Source: Octopus vulgaris (Eukaryota). From it: a stretch of 64,000 nucleotides of DNA. The stretch covers positions 26,102,001 through 26,166,000 of the forward strand of contig OX597815.1 of NCBI GenBank assembly GCA_951406725.2. The letters run 5' to 3'. The notes below the pieces were generated by a model. That model did no database searches, was not told the origin of the DNA, and saw only the letters and a program-made list of their open reading frames with translations. This document shows positions 1-12,976 of this stretch, in pieces. The position numbers were made by a program, and so were the translations under genes. The stretch's first letter is position 1; every line of letters starts with the position of its first letter.

Positions 1-274
1 CTCGACGCCATATCGCTATAAAAATACGTTTGAGGACAGATCATACCCGGCAAGGTGTATATTTATTCCGCTGTTAGCTGTTTTTACTTCCTATTAGTTA
101 TGGTGCTAGGCTTAACTGCTTTTATTTAGTTAACTTAGGACTTAAACTCGTGTCAATGTACTGAAATATCAGCTCTACTCCATGTAGTTAACGGATATAA
201 AAAAGTAAAAAATAAAAACCCTTATTAAAAACAATAACTTTACCTTTACTTACACACACACCCATACAGTATAA

Positions 275-672
275 TCTTTATATATAAAAGAGAAGTTGTG
301 TGTCTGTCTCCTACGATTTAAATTCCTAACTACTCCCACATTTTGCGGTGCAGTTTAACCAAAACCGGGTATCTTATAGTCGTGATTCATATCGAACCCT
401 TCTGGGTATTAGCGCGCGTCTACGATGAGTCTACGAATTAAAAAAAAAATTTACCATCATTTTTTCCCATTTTAATGCATTTTTTCGCTATTATATAAGG
501 GAAGTAACTCTCTAAAAATATCTACGATGAGTCAACGATTTAAAAAAAAAGTTACCATCATTTGCTTTCCATTTTTAATGTATTTTTTTGCTATTTTTGA
601 CTATAACTCTCTAAAAATGCTTATATTGTTATTTCCCTTACAAACCCGAGCAACGCCGGGCGATACTGCTAG
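275..672 (+). mobile_element. Non-autonomous Helitron, family H1
   Basis: Starts TC after an A; ends with hairpin CCCGagcaacgcCGGG then CTAG followed by T; homologous to copies at 9493, 12977 and 34077. Confidence 0.85.
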
Positions 673-1204
673 TAAAAAGTAAAAATAAAAACCCTTATTA
701 AAAACAATAACTTTACCTTTACCTACATACACACCCATACAGTATAATATAATATAAATGAATATGTGGATAAATTAGTGTGTTTGTGTGCACATGCATT
801 TGTATGGATGTTGAAAGACTGTGACGTATGTAGGTTGTGTTTGCTATATAGCTAGAGGTCGATCTGCATCTTATTTTTAAATATACTATAACGTGTTATA
901 GTTATTATAGACCAAATTGATCCTGACGGGATTTGAACTCCCGAGAACGGTAGTGAAATGCAGAAAAGGTAGTGTCTGTCCAACTGATACACATTGAGTC
1001 ACGTTCCTTTACATTCTAAGTTCAAATATTATCGGACATATTTGATCTTTCTGAGACTCAGTAAAATAAACGATCCGGCACCTTATGCTTATGAAGTTCA
1101 TCATTCAGTTGAGAGTTTTAGGCCATCTGTCAATTCCCAAATTGTTGACTGGACTGAAGTACCTAGTCTAAATACGTATATTTTCATGTATTTCCGGCCT
1201 AGAT

Positions 1205-1735
1205 ACGTGAAAGGCAAAGTCGACCTCGGCGGAATTTGAACTCAGAACATGAAGATAGACGTTAAACTGCTAAGCATTTCACCCGGCGTGCTAACGTTTC
1301 TGCCAACTCGTCGCCTTTGATGATAATAATATTTTCTGCTATAGGTACAAGACCTGAAAATTTGGAAGAGAGAGGCTAGTCGAGTATATCTACTAAGCGC
1401 TGATCTAGTACCCCTAAAAGATAAAAGGCCAAATTGACCCTGACGAGGATTTGAACTCCCGAGAACGTAAATAGCCGGAAGAAATGCCACAAAGCACCAT
1501 ATCCGACGCGCTTGCGATTCTGCCAGCTCATCGCCTTCTGAATAGTAATAATAATAAGCCTTTTTTTATATATTTTGGCACATGGACAACAGTTTTCAGT
1601 GAAGGAGTAAATCATTTATATCGACCCTAATGCGACCCCGAAAGAATGAAAGGTATAGTTTACGTCGGTCGAATTGGAAGAATTACTGCCCGGAATTTTG
1701 TCCGGTGTGATAACGATTCAGCCAGTTTATTTCCT
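1205..1735 (-). mobile_element. Cluster of three tRNA-derived SINE-A copies (one good, two decayed)
   Basis: Reverse complement of the aaggcggcgagctggcagaa...gagttcaaattcc...gtcgactttgcctttcatcc motif repeated across the window. Confidence 0.75.
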
Positions 1736-3119
1736 TTTTAGTTATTTCAGAGGATTAGCTGTAGTTAAGTAAATGAAAATAATAATACTAATAATAATTT
1801 TTCCGTTTCTTAAATTAAATTTTCGATAATGTTTATTTATTGTGAAGAAGAATTATATTTCGGACGTCTTTTTAAAGAGATTCATGTACTCGTGTTTAAT
1901 ATCCTGAAATACCACCTCTCGAGTCCCGTCAATTGAATAACGTCCTTTTCTATCTGTAAACAGCAAAACCACAAGCTTGCTAGCTGAAACATTCTGCCTG
2001 TGAGTCAATTATTGTTTATGACAAGTTGACTGAAGTCTGATATAAATCATTTATTGAAGTTCAAGATGTCTGGATTTAGAATGAGAAATCTCTTTACATT
2101 ATTCATGTGAAACTTCATGCTTCGTTCACCGCCTGCTGGGATTTCAGAAAAGCTGTCTTGCTTTGCATTGCTGACGCAGAAAAGAATTAGAAGTGATTGT
2201 GATTTACATTGGAACGCAACTTTTAAATTGATGGAGACATACCACATTGTGGAAAGTTCTATTTGCCGATTCTAATAACACTAAACTTAAGAACAGTGCC
2301 GGCTCAAGCAAACAAACAAAATATTTCTGAAGCTGTAGACGATGTCTCCACATGATCAAATCGGTCTGCTAGAAATAGCAGTCAAATATACCCCTTACAA
2401 AAAAAAAATGTAAGATTGTACGGTCAGGAAATTTGCTTCTATATTTCATAATTTCGAGTTTAATCCCACTGTATAGCACGAATGGCAAGTCACTTCAACC
2501 ATAGCCTTGAGCTAACCAAAGCTTTATGAGTGAAATTTTATAGACAGAAATCTTCCCTATTCTTGATTTGTAAACTTAACACCTCTTCGCCTGTTTCTTG
2601 GATATTTTCAGCAGAATCGGCCTCGGGTATGAGGATAGTTTCCCCCACTTCCACCATTTTTGGAGTCCTGAAGTGAGTCGTGCGTATTGTCTTTAATTTT
2701 TATGACCAAGTCGTATTAAACAGAACAGGAAGGACAGAAACAGTGTTCAATGTAGTCAGGATTTCACTATGCCTAAAAAATACACAGGATATTCACAACT
2801 GGAATGGTTTTTGCATCAAGTCTACGCATTCAAAGTTAACACGGATGTTTAACAACCACAGGAAATATTTTGTCTGGGTAAATTAGTCAAAGCTTTACTT
2901 TACTCAGTGGCCATTTCTAAAGTGCTTTCGCTATATTTCTCGTGGAATTTACAAATTCAGCAATTTTGTTTTCACTTACTTTCACTGGAAATTAGAGATG
3001 ATCGTCAGTAGAAATTGAATAAATTGATTTTTAACAGTAAGTAACTGAACAATACTGAATAGTAAATATACTATACATAGTACTCACCATTCTCATCTCA
3101 CCAATATTTGTTGTTTCAA

Positions 3120-3290
3120 AAAGGCGGATAGTTAGCACGCCGGGAATAATTCTTAGCGGCATTTCGTCCGTCTTCATTTTCTGAGTTCAAATTCCACCGA
3201 GGTCGACTTTGCCTTTCATCCTTTCGAGGTCGATCTAATTGACTTAACCCTCCCCACGAAATTGTTGTCCTTGTGTCAAATATTTAAAAC
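3120..3290 (+). mobile_element. SINE-A
   Basis: aaggcgg...gttagcacgccggg...ctgagttcaaattcc (B-box)...gtcgactttgcctttcatcctttcgaggtcgat. Confidence 0.8.
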
Positions 3291-3596
3291 CATTTGTTGT
3301 TTGAATAGTATAATATTTTCTGCTGTATAATGTTATATTCTTTGTTGTTGCTGTTTTTAGTTCAAGGCTTTGATCGATTAGACTTATGATCAAAGGCTCA
3401 AAAGTATTTAAACTATGACCATCTTTATGTTTTTCAGTTAGAGGATATCCCTAGTTGTATAAACAACTCTTTTTTTCTTCTTCTTTAATAGTGGGGTAAT
3501 CTGGATGCAACACTGGCAGACAGAGTTGCTACGTATGTGCTTCCTGGTTGGTACATAGTGTTGTTGCTGAAAGTAGCAATTATGATGATCATAACG

Positions 3597-3672
<76 letters not shown>

Positions 3673-3701
3673 TGATGATGATAATAGTAATAATAATAAT
3701 A

Positions 3702-4208
3702 GATTGGAAGTGTTATCATGTACATTGTTTTGTCTTGGTATAAAAGATAGGCTACTGCAAATATTCTGCTCAATACCACAGATTTGCTTGTCAGTTGTTT
3801 GACCTTAACCAGTTGAGCATGTCCCTTAGTGGCTGACGATATGTGCATCTCTGATCACGAGCAGAAGTAGTGGGGGAGCATCATAGCCATGTGTTGAGAG
3901 GGATTCTTTGGGGTTTGAATAATTCACCTCTGGAAACATGGGTGGTTCTTCCAACATCCTTAGACAACCCTTATTCAGGGACCTTTTGAGCGGGATGGGC
4001 TACTCGACCTGAAGAAAATTCTAACTGGGCCCCACCTGCAAGGTCATGTGCTGTTTATTTTGATATGAGATCACCATGTCGCGCACACATGGTTGTGATG
4101 CATGTGCCTAGTGTACCCTTATCAGACGGGTAGTCATGATGGGTATGCTGGGCTTCGTATATTTTTCCCCAGTGTCACTTTGATGACATGCACTGCTCTC
4201 TCACTCAC
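3702..4208 (+). mobile_element. LINE 3' end ending in (AAT)n, probably R4/Dong-like
   Basis: Near-identical inverted copy at 38541-38985; flanked on both sides by (AAT)n. Family assignment inferred from the (TAA)n target preference of Dong elements. Confidence 0.6.
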
Positions 4209-4274
<66 letters not shown>

Positions 4275-4299
4275 TGATGATGATGATGATGATGATTCT

Positions 4300-4510
4300 G
4301 TCTACTGTAGGCACAAGGTCTGAAATTTAAAGGGAGGGTCTGGTCGATTATATCGACCCTAGTACGTAACTGATACTTATTTCATCGATCCCGAAAAAAT
4401 AAAAAGCAAAGTCGACCTCAGCGGAATTTGAACTCAGAATGTAAAGACGGACGAAATGCTGCTAGGCATTTTGGCCGGCGTGCTAACAATTCAGCCAGCT
4501 CACCGCTTCA
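4300..4510 (-). mobile_element. SINE-A
   Basis: aaagtcgacctcagcggaatttgaactcagaat...gctaacaattcagccagctcaccgc. Confidence 0.8.
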
Positions 4511-4778
4511 ATAATGATAATAATGATCATTATCACAGTGATGACGATAACCACGATCATCGTTATAACTTATTGTTGTTGTAGTTGTTATGGTGCAACG
4601 ACGATGTTTCTTCTACTTGCTGCTTAATGTAATGGCTGTTCATCGTTCAAATAGATTTTGGTTTAATTTGGCAAAATACTTCATATCAAATATTTTATTT
4701 CCACAACCGTATCAGAGTGGAAAAAAGGTTTGACAGTACATTTGATCAATGAATAAATAGAATATTTGACAGATATTA

Positions 4779-4837
4779 TTTTCTTTCTTTCTTTCTTTCT
4801 TTCTTTCTTTCATGCTTTCTTTCATGCTTTCTTTTTT

Positions 4838-4869
<32 letters not shown>

Positions 4870-4893
4870 TATTTATTTATTTATTTCCTTCCT

Positions 4894-4941
<48 letters not shown>

Positions 4942-4983
4942 TTCTTTCTTCCTTTCTTTCTTCCTTGCATATTTTCTTCCTTC

Positions 4984-5014
<31 letters not shown>

Positions 5015-5128
5015 TCCTTTCTTTCTTTCTTCCTTTCTTTCTTTCTTTCCTTTCTTTCTTTCTTTCTTTCTTTCTTCCTTTCTTTCTTTCTTCCTTTCTT
5101 TCTTTCTTCCTTTCTTTCTTCTTCCTTC

Positions 5129-5173
<45 letters not shown>

Positions 5174-5207
5174 TTCCTTTCTTTCTTTCTTTCTTTCTTT
5201 CTTTCCT

Positions 5208-5243
<36 letters not shown>
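4779..5243. repeat. (CTTT)n microsatellite
   Basis: Seen directly; explains the FLSF and KERK ORFs. Confidence 0.95.
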
Positions 5244-6555
5244 TATTGCCGATATTGTAAACAATTGATGAAGTAGTACAAGATGTAAAAGTGTTCATAT
5301 TTTTTTCAAAACCTTGAGTCTTTTATGAAGACACTGTGAGCCTACAGGAAAGCAACCGAAAAACTGAAAAATATTTACTGGTCTGTCCTAGATCACATAT
5401 CGCTCAAGAGAAAATAATAACTAAATAAACTGTTGAAATACTGCAATGTTTTTTTTCTATCAACAACGGAGAACTGTGATGAAATTCAGTATAGTACACT
5501 ATAGTAAGGCGGCGAATTTACATTAGATAATGTAGTTCTTCATATGACGCTTTGTTTACAGCTGAAAGGCGGTGAGCTGGTAGAGCCGTTAGCACACCGG
5601 GCGAAATGCCTAGCGGTATTTCGTCTGCTGCTACGTTCTGAGTTCAAATTCCACCGAGGTCGACTTTGCCTTAAATCCTTTCGGGGTCGATAAATTAAGT
5701 ATCAGTTACGCACTGTGGTTGATGTAATCGACTTAATACCCATGTCTGTCCTTGTTTGTCCCCTCTATGTTTATCCCCTTGTGGGTAATAAAGAAATAGG
5801 TATTTCGTCTTGCTACGTTCTGAGTTCTTTCCGCCGAGGTCGACTTTCTTTCTTCCTTTCTTTCTTTCGCTTCCTTAATCTTTCTTTCTTCCTTGTTTTC
5901 TTTCTTTCTTTCTTTCTTTCTTTCTTTCGTTTGCTTTCTTTCTTTCTTTATTGCCGATATTGTAAACAATTGATGAAGTAGTACAAGATGTAAAAGTGTT
6001 CATATTTTTTTTCAAAACCTTGAGTCTTTTATGAAGACTCTGTGAGCCTACAGGAAAGCAACCGAAAAACTGAAAAATATTTACTGGTCTGTCCTAGATC
6101 ACATATCGCTCAAGAGAAAATAATAACTAAATAAACTGTTGAAATACTGCAATGTTTTTTTTCTATCAACAACGGAGAACTGTGATGAAATTCAGTATAG
6201 TACACTATAGTAAGGCGGCCAATTTACATTAGATAATGTAGTTCTTCATATGACGCTTTGTTTACAGCTGAAAGGCGGTGAGCTGGTAGAACCGTTAGCA
6301 CACCGGGCGAAATGCTTAGCGGTATTTCGTCTGCCGCTACGTTCTGAGTTCAAATTCCACCGAGGTCGACTTTGCCTTAAATCCTTTCGGGGTCGATAAA
6401 TTAAGTATCAGTTACGCACTGGGGTTGATGTAATCGACTTAATACCCATGTCTGTCCTTGTTTGTCCCCTCTATGTTTATCCCCTTGTGGGTAATAAAGA
6501 AATAGGTATTTCGTCTGCTGCTACGTTCTGAGTTCAAATTCCGCCGAGGTCGACT
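5243..6555 (+). repeat. Near-identical tandem duplication, period about 705 bp
   Basis: ttattgccgatattgtaaacaattg... starts at 5243 and again at 5948; only a few substitutions between copies. Confidence 0.9.
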
Positions 6556-6874
6556 TTGCCTTTCATCCTTTCGGGGTCGATTAAATAAGTACCAGTTACG
6601 CAATGGGGTCGATATAATCGACTTAATCCGTTTGTCTGTCCTTGTTTGTCCCCTCTGTGTGTAGCTCCTTGTGGGCAGTAAAAAAATAGGTATTTCGTTT
6701 GCTGCTACGTTCTGAGTTCAAATTCCACCGAGGTCGACTTTGCCTTAAATCCTTTCGGGGTCGATTAAATAAGTACTAGTTACGCACTGGGGTCGATATA
6801 ATCGACTTAATCCGTTTGTCTGTCCTTGTTTGTCCTCTCTGTGTTTAGCCCCTTGTGGGTAGTAAAGAAATAGG
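6274..6874 (+). mobile_element. SINE-A head plus three tandem 184-bp bodies, with 12-bp TSD
   Basis: ggtatttcgt units start at 6321, 6505 and 6689; TTACAGCTGAAA at 6262-6273 and 6875-6886. Confidence 0.85.
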
Positions 6875-7246
6875 TTACAGCTGAAATGCCTTTGGTTACA
6901 GTTCGGCCCCGCCAAGGGTGATACAAGGTGAAACAATCATATCAGCGTTCCTTGCGCTTTCTTACAATGTAGAATCAACTTTTCCTTCATCGATTAATTA
7001 AATGTAAAACAACATGAGTAGGAAAAGGTCATCGGTGTGCGTTGCAAGTGTATAGCAGCAATCTATGAACTTTCAGTATTGAGTTCAATTCCAGCTCATC
7101 ACGGTTTTAAACTTATTAACGCAAAGGGATTCAGAAACAAGTAGATAGCTTACTCTTCGGCATTTATGTGAGTACCTGCATAATTGCGATTATGAGCAAG
7201 AGTACATGCGTATATGAGTATATATACATTTCTTTACCACCCACAA

Positions 7247-7520
7247 AGGGAGGGAAGGGGGAGAAGCAAACAGGTGCAGCTGTGAGCGTGGACGCCAACT
7301 CCGCCGCCATCGACACACGATGCATTTTATGCATTAAAATGGAATAAAAAATGATGTTAAATTATTTTTAAAATCGTAGACTCATCGTTGACGCGCGCTA
7401 ATAGTCAGACGGGCTCGATATGAATCACGACTATAAGATACCCGAATTTGGTTAAACTGCACCGCAAAATGTGGGAGGAGTTAGGAATCTAAATCGAAGG
7501 GGACAGACACTCACACAACT
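7247..7520 (-). mobile_element. Helitron H1 5' half (long subfamily)
   Basis: Reverse complement of about 34095-34375. Confidence 0.8.
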
Positions 7521-7539
7521 AGAGTAGTAAATTAAAATT

Positions 7540-7722
7540 CCATAAATACTACCTGTAATTCTGTATTGACTTGAATGGAAAACTGTGTCACTCAGTTTGA
7601 ACAAATTCATGATGTTTCATATTTAGATACTTTTATTAAGTTCATTCAGTTGTTAAACATAAAATAATCTTGAATTTAAATGGTTTTGATTTATTGTCAA
7701 GTGACTTTTGTCCAACCCTGTA
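7540..7722 (+). mobile_element. Tc1/mariner 3' end fragment
   Basis: Ends ...gacttttgtccaaccctg-TA, typical of CAGGG-type TIRs with a TA target. Confidence 0.45.
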
Positions 7723-7863
7723 TAGGTCTGTATGTGAGTATCAACTATTTGAATAAGAAGCTGAAAGACGAAAGAAGAGACCAGGCAAATTCCTATAGAA
7801 AAATAGCACTCCATACTCATATCCATGCACAACAGCAATCAGTTACATTTTATTACTATACAT

Positions 7864-8124
7864 AGGTGCAGGTGCGGCTCTGTGGTAAGAAGTCTTCCTC
7901 CCAATCACATGGTTCTTGGTTCAGTCCTGCTGAGTGATCCCTAGGGAAAGTGTCTTCAACCATAGCCTCGGGCCGACCAAATTTTTAACTTTAAATTTAA
8001 ATAATTTAAATTTTGAATTTTATATTTTATATATTTTGTATATTGTATTAATTAATTTTATTTCTATGTTTTGGTTTGTTTTTCACTGTTTGATTTGCCT
8101 AATAGTGGTTTTATCTCTAATTTA

Positions 8125-8180
<56 letters not shown>

Positions 8181-8577
8181 ATGTATGTATGTATGTATGT
8201 ATGTATGTATGTATGTATGTATATATGTATTTATGTATGTATGTATGTATGTATATATGTATGTATGTATGTATGTATATAAGTATTTATGTATGTATGT
8301 ATGTATGTATGTATGTATGTATGTATGTATGTATGTATGTATGTGTGTGCTTGTGTGTAAATGTATGTATGTGTGTGTGTTGTGCGTCATTGTGTCTGTG
8401 TTTGGCATCCCACACCGCTTGACAACTGGTACTGGTATGTTTAAGTCCTTGTAACGTAGCGGTTCGGCAAACAGACCGATAGAATAAGTACCAGGCTTTA
8501 AAAACAAATAAGTACTGGGGTCGATACATTCGACTGAAAAAAAAAATTTCTTATGTCTGAAACAAGTAAAAGATAAC
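7864..8577 (+). mobile_element. SINE-B interrupted by an AT-rich insert and (TA)n/(TATG)n
   Basis: Head ggtgcaggtgcggctctgtggtaaga...ggttcagtcc; tail ...gatagaataagtaccagg...ctgaaacaagtaaaag. Confidence 0.8.
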
Positions 8578-9431
8578 AATACATAATTCGATAAATAAAT
8601 TCCAAGAAAACGTATTGCTGGAACTCAAAATAACACTGCAAAACAATAATAAATGGAGGAAAAATAAAGCGAAAAATATCTTTCTTCGATTAAAATCCAA
8701 ATTCATTAACAGGGGGAAATAAACACGGAAAGCAAAAAAGCAATGGAAACTACTTTATGATAAGAATGTAATTTCTACTTTTCACAACATCATAATCAGA
8801 GAAATGGGTCGTGTATTTTTATATGTAATACAAGGCAAACAGGAAATCACATGCAGAGTTACAGATGGATATTTGATTCAAATCATTCCCAAAATTAAGG
8901 ATACTCAAGGTAAATGAGGTTTAAATTCTCATTTAATTCCCATTAACCTTCACATAGCGCAATTGAATTAAGAGAGGTATTATTTAATTTTATTAGTTAT
9001 TAATTATTAAGTTAATACTTACTATGGTGGTAAATCAGATATAATTATTAAGCATTAATTGTGTGAGTATATACTTTCTGCTGAACCACTACAGGCCGGA
9101 ATTTACATAAAGCTGATTTACGTGGGATTATGGGAAATGTATATCATGCTTATACACTTCCGTTTCCGTTGGCAGGCTCACTGCGATCCACCTTTCTATC
9201 GCGTATTTGTATTATATGTACATACACATATATATATATTCCTTTTACTAGAGGCAAACAAAGAAGAAAATTATATTAGGCGCAGGCGTGAGTGTGTGCT
9301 TCCCAACCTATGGTTCTAGGTTCAGTCGCACTGCTTGGCATCTTGGGCAAGTGTCTTCTACTATAGCCTCGGGCCGACCAAAACTTTGGGAGTGGATTTG
9401 GCAGATGGTAACTGAAGGCTGCGTGTCGTGC

Positions 9432-9492
<61 letters not shown>

Positions 9493-9493
<1 letters not shown>

Positions 9494-9783
9494 CTTTATA
9501 AATAAAAGTGAAGTTGTGTGAATGTCTGTCTCCTACGATTTAGATTCCTAACTACTCCTACATTTTGCGGTGCAGTTTAACCAAAAGCGAGTATCTTATA
9601 GTCGTGATTCATATCGAGCCCTTCTGGGTATTAGCGCGTCTACGATGAGTCTACGATTAAAAAAAAAATTTACCATCATTTTCCCCATTTTTTTTTTGCT
9701 ATTATATAAGGGAAGTAACTCTCTAAAAATGCTTATATAGTTATTTCCCTTACAAACCCGATCAACGCCGGGCGATACTGCTA

Positions 9784-9784
<1 letters not shown>
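9493..9784 (+). mobile_element. Helitron H1, minimal copy
   Basis: TC...hairpin...CTAG inserted at an A|T site within (TA)n. Confidence 0.85.
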
Positions 9785-9882
<98 letters not shown>

Positions 9883-10058
9883 GGGGTTTAGTTCACGGAT
9901 GATCCAGTTGAGGCTGGAGCTAGGGATCGGTAGTAGACTTCCGAGTCAGCAAGTATATATCAAAGGAAAAGGAAAACAAAAGCAAGGCAGGACAAGTATC
10001 TCAGGTCATTTTGGATATTTAATCAGAGTAAAGCGAATCAAAAAAGAAATAGAAGTAA

Positions 10059-10137
10059 TATCTTAGCAGCTGTTTCTGGGATATCCCGGTCAATGGGTCA
10101 ACACTCCATAACACTTGGTATTCCGTCATCAGAGACA
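10059..10137 (-). ncRNA. Type I hammerhead ribozyme motif (Penelope type)
   Basis: Minus strand: tgtct-CTGATGA-[loop II]-GAAAC-agctg(c)TA-agata; helix I pairs tgtct/agata; palindromic CAGCTG in helix III; one extra C. Confidence 0.6.
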
Positions 10138-10246
10138 AGATGTGTATACAGGAAAGATTTCACAGCAGATAGAAAAATCAAACAGTAGAAGGAAAAATAA
10201 AGATAGAAAAATAAACCCTTAATTATTGTTATAATTATATATATAC

Positions 10247-10350
<104 letters not shown>

Positions 10351-10374
10351 CAGCGAAATAATTTATCATCTTCG

Positions 10375-10472
10375 CTTCTTACAGCCGTTTCAATTAATAC
10401 TCAATAATTTAATTACAAATTTGCACATTAAATTTACATTTATATGACGTGAGTATAATTTCATCAGAGGAC
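10375..10472 (-). ncRNA. Type I hammerhead ribozyme motif (Penelope type)
   Basis: Minus strand: gtcct-CTGATGA-aattatactca...tgagtattaatt-GAAAC-ggct-GTA-agaag; long helix II pairs. Confidence 0.7.
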
Positions 10473-10569
10473 AAAAAAGATGTATCTTTGGATCTTATAA
10501 GTGGGCCTATCAATTAATTTCAGCAGACTCATATGTGTGTGTGTAGTGTGTATGTGTGTGTTTGTGTGC

Positions 10570-10626
<57 letters not shown>

Positions 10627-10999
10627 GTGTGTGTGTGTGTGTGCGTGTGTGTGTGTATTTTTCTGTTTGTGTTTGACAACTCACAACCTCCTGACGACCT
10701 GTGCTGGTTTGTCTACATCTTAATTTAGAGGTTCCGGAAAAGAGAATGATGGAATAAGAACCAAAGTTAAATAAGTACAGTGGTCGATTTGTTCAACTAA
10801 ACCCTTCAAGACGGTGCCCTAGCATGGTCGCAGTGCAAAGACTGAAACAAATAAAAGATAAAAGAAAAAAGATAAAGATACTTGAAGACTACAGATCTCA
10901 GACTTCACTTTCGAAGTTTCTTGGACATTAATCAAAATATCTCCTGTTAACTACTGATGCCTTTTTGATGAAAACTATTAATTACTCTTTTTTTACTAA

Positions 11000-11325
11000 T
11001 TCTGTTGTGTCTGGGGAGAGTCATTTTCTTTTTGTGCCTTATTATGTATCACACTCACCGGTAAAATTTCCACTTATTTTTATTTTTATTGTCCTAAAAT
11101 TTTCGTTGCATCTTGCAACCTTTTCAATAGTTTCAAAAGTATTGAAAAGGTTGCAAGACGCAACGAAAATTTTAGGAAAATAAAAATAAGAAATAAGTGG
11201 AAATTTTACCGGTGAGTGTGATACATAATAAGGCACAAAAAGAAAATGACTCTCCCCAGACACAACAGAATATGCTTCAACACACGAACTCATATAAAGA
11301 ATCTTGCAAACCAAATCCAAAAACG
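11000..11325. mobile_element. Fold-back element F1 (about 270-bp near-perfect palindrome plus one-sided extension)
   Basis: ttctgttgtgtctggggagagtc...aaccttttcaata mirrored by tattgaaaaggtt...gactctccccagacacaacagaa; second copy at 27315-27627. Confidence 0.85.
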
Positions 11326-11787
11326 AAATTGTTTAATAAGCTTTTAAGAAATCCACAATCTTAAGTTATTAATTCTAATTACAATTTTCCCTCCTACCCT
11401 TGAAAAAGAAATAAACACCTGCATATATGTGTGTCTACGTATGTGTGTATACATGTATGTACATATATATATATCTATGCCATTGTACTACGTTCCAGCG
11501 GGAGCCAAAATGAGAAAAACAATAAACCATACACACAATTCCCTTAGTAATAAATACTAAATTGGCAACCAAAGAAGATTGAAAAGAGACAGTTCTCTAC
11601 AACCTAAAGCAAAATCTGAAATTATTAAAGCAAAAAGAAAGAGAGATAAAGATTGTAGCGTCTCGATTAGCACCAGCTGCAGTTTCCAAACGCTTGTTTC
11701 ATGACAAATGTTTTGCTTTGATCTACGAATCACGAATTTTGCATGTATGTATATATGTCTATCTATCTATCTATCTATTTGTAAAAA

Positions 11788-12106
11788 AAAATACAACATG
11801 TGACTTCATTGACCGAGGTTACCGTGGTCTTTTCCGTAGGCTTTTCTTTCCACGGGTAAACCTCACCTGTCCTCCCCTTTACACTTTATATTGACATTTC
11901 TGTGATAACGATCCCTATTGATCGATTTTTTCTTTTTCCTTTTATTTTTATTCCCCTCCCCTCTTTTTTTCTGCTTTCCTCTTTCTTTCCTTTTACGATC
12001 CCTTTTGATCGAAAACCAAACCCCCTTTTTTTATCCCCAAAAAGAAAAGCTCTACTTTGTAATTTGTCCCGTCTATGTGCAGCCCTGTGTGGCTAATAAA
12101 GAAACA
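11788..12106 (+). mobile_element. LINE 3' end (Tx1/L1-like) abutting (TATC)n
   Basis: Ends ctaataaagaaaca followed by (TATC)n; pieces recur at 14299-14420 and 53178-53260. Clade assignment is inference. Confidence 0.6.
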
Positions 12107-12198
<92 letters not shown>

Positions 12199-12212
12199 GA
12201 TCGATCTATCTA

Positions 12213-12279
<67 letters not shown>

Positions 12280-12359
12280 ATCTATCTATCTGTCTGTCTG
12301 TCTGTCTGTTTGTCTATTTCTGTCTCTGTCTCTCAACTTTCTCTATGTTTATATATGTA

Positions 12360-12399
<40 letters not shown>

Positions 12400-12976
12400 C
12401 ACTCGCATCCCCCCCCACAGAAATACCAGAGCTAACAAACTGACATTCACTACTCAGAGTTTCACGTTTATCATTATTCATTTAACTAACTTACAAAAGA
12501 GAGAATCTACATATTTATACAAAAAAAAAAAAAGAAACTGTGATGGTTTGATAGTTATTAGATATTATCGACAAAATAGACAAATGAACTGAGTGTTTAT
12601 ATACATATCTCTAAATATCCATATCTATAGCTTATTTGTTTATGTAAATATAGACGAAGCGTAGAATGTGGAGGGATTCGTATATATATGTATATTTGTC
12701 ATTTGAAAGAAATTTGGCTGCCATTTCTAGCAGGTCTAACAACCATGGAAGACCGCCTCATTAGTTCCTTTGATGTTATTCTCGTCTGAAGGTAAATTTT
12801 CTTTCTTCTCGATCTTGTTTTGGTTGCTGTTATTGTTGTTGTAGCCGCTGCTGTTGTTGTTTGGCACTGCCCTGGTCATCAGACATTTTTTTCTTTTCAA
12901 TAATAATGTTCCTGTGACTACCTTATTTTTTAAAATCCCAGGTTAATCAACGTAATCCAACACTATTTTTAAAATA

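Noticed and set aside
4766-5298. Long ORFs rich in FLSF/KERK, and all YVCM, HTHT, IYLS and poly-N/I/D ORFs in the track
   Set aside because: Translations of stop-free microsatellites; no coding evidence.
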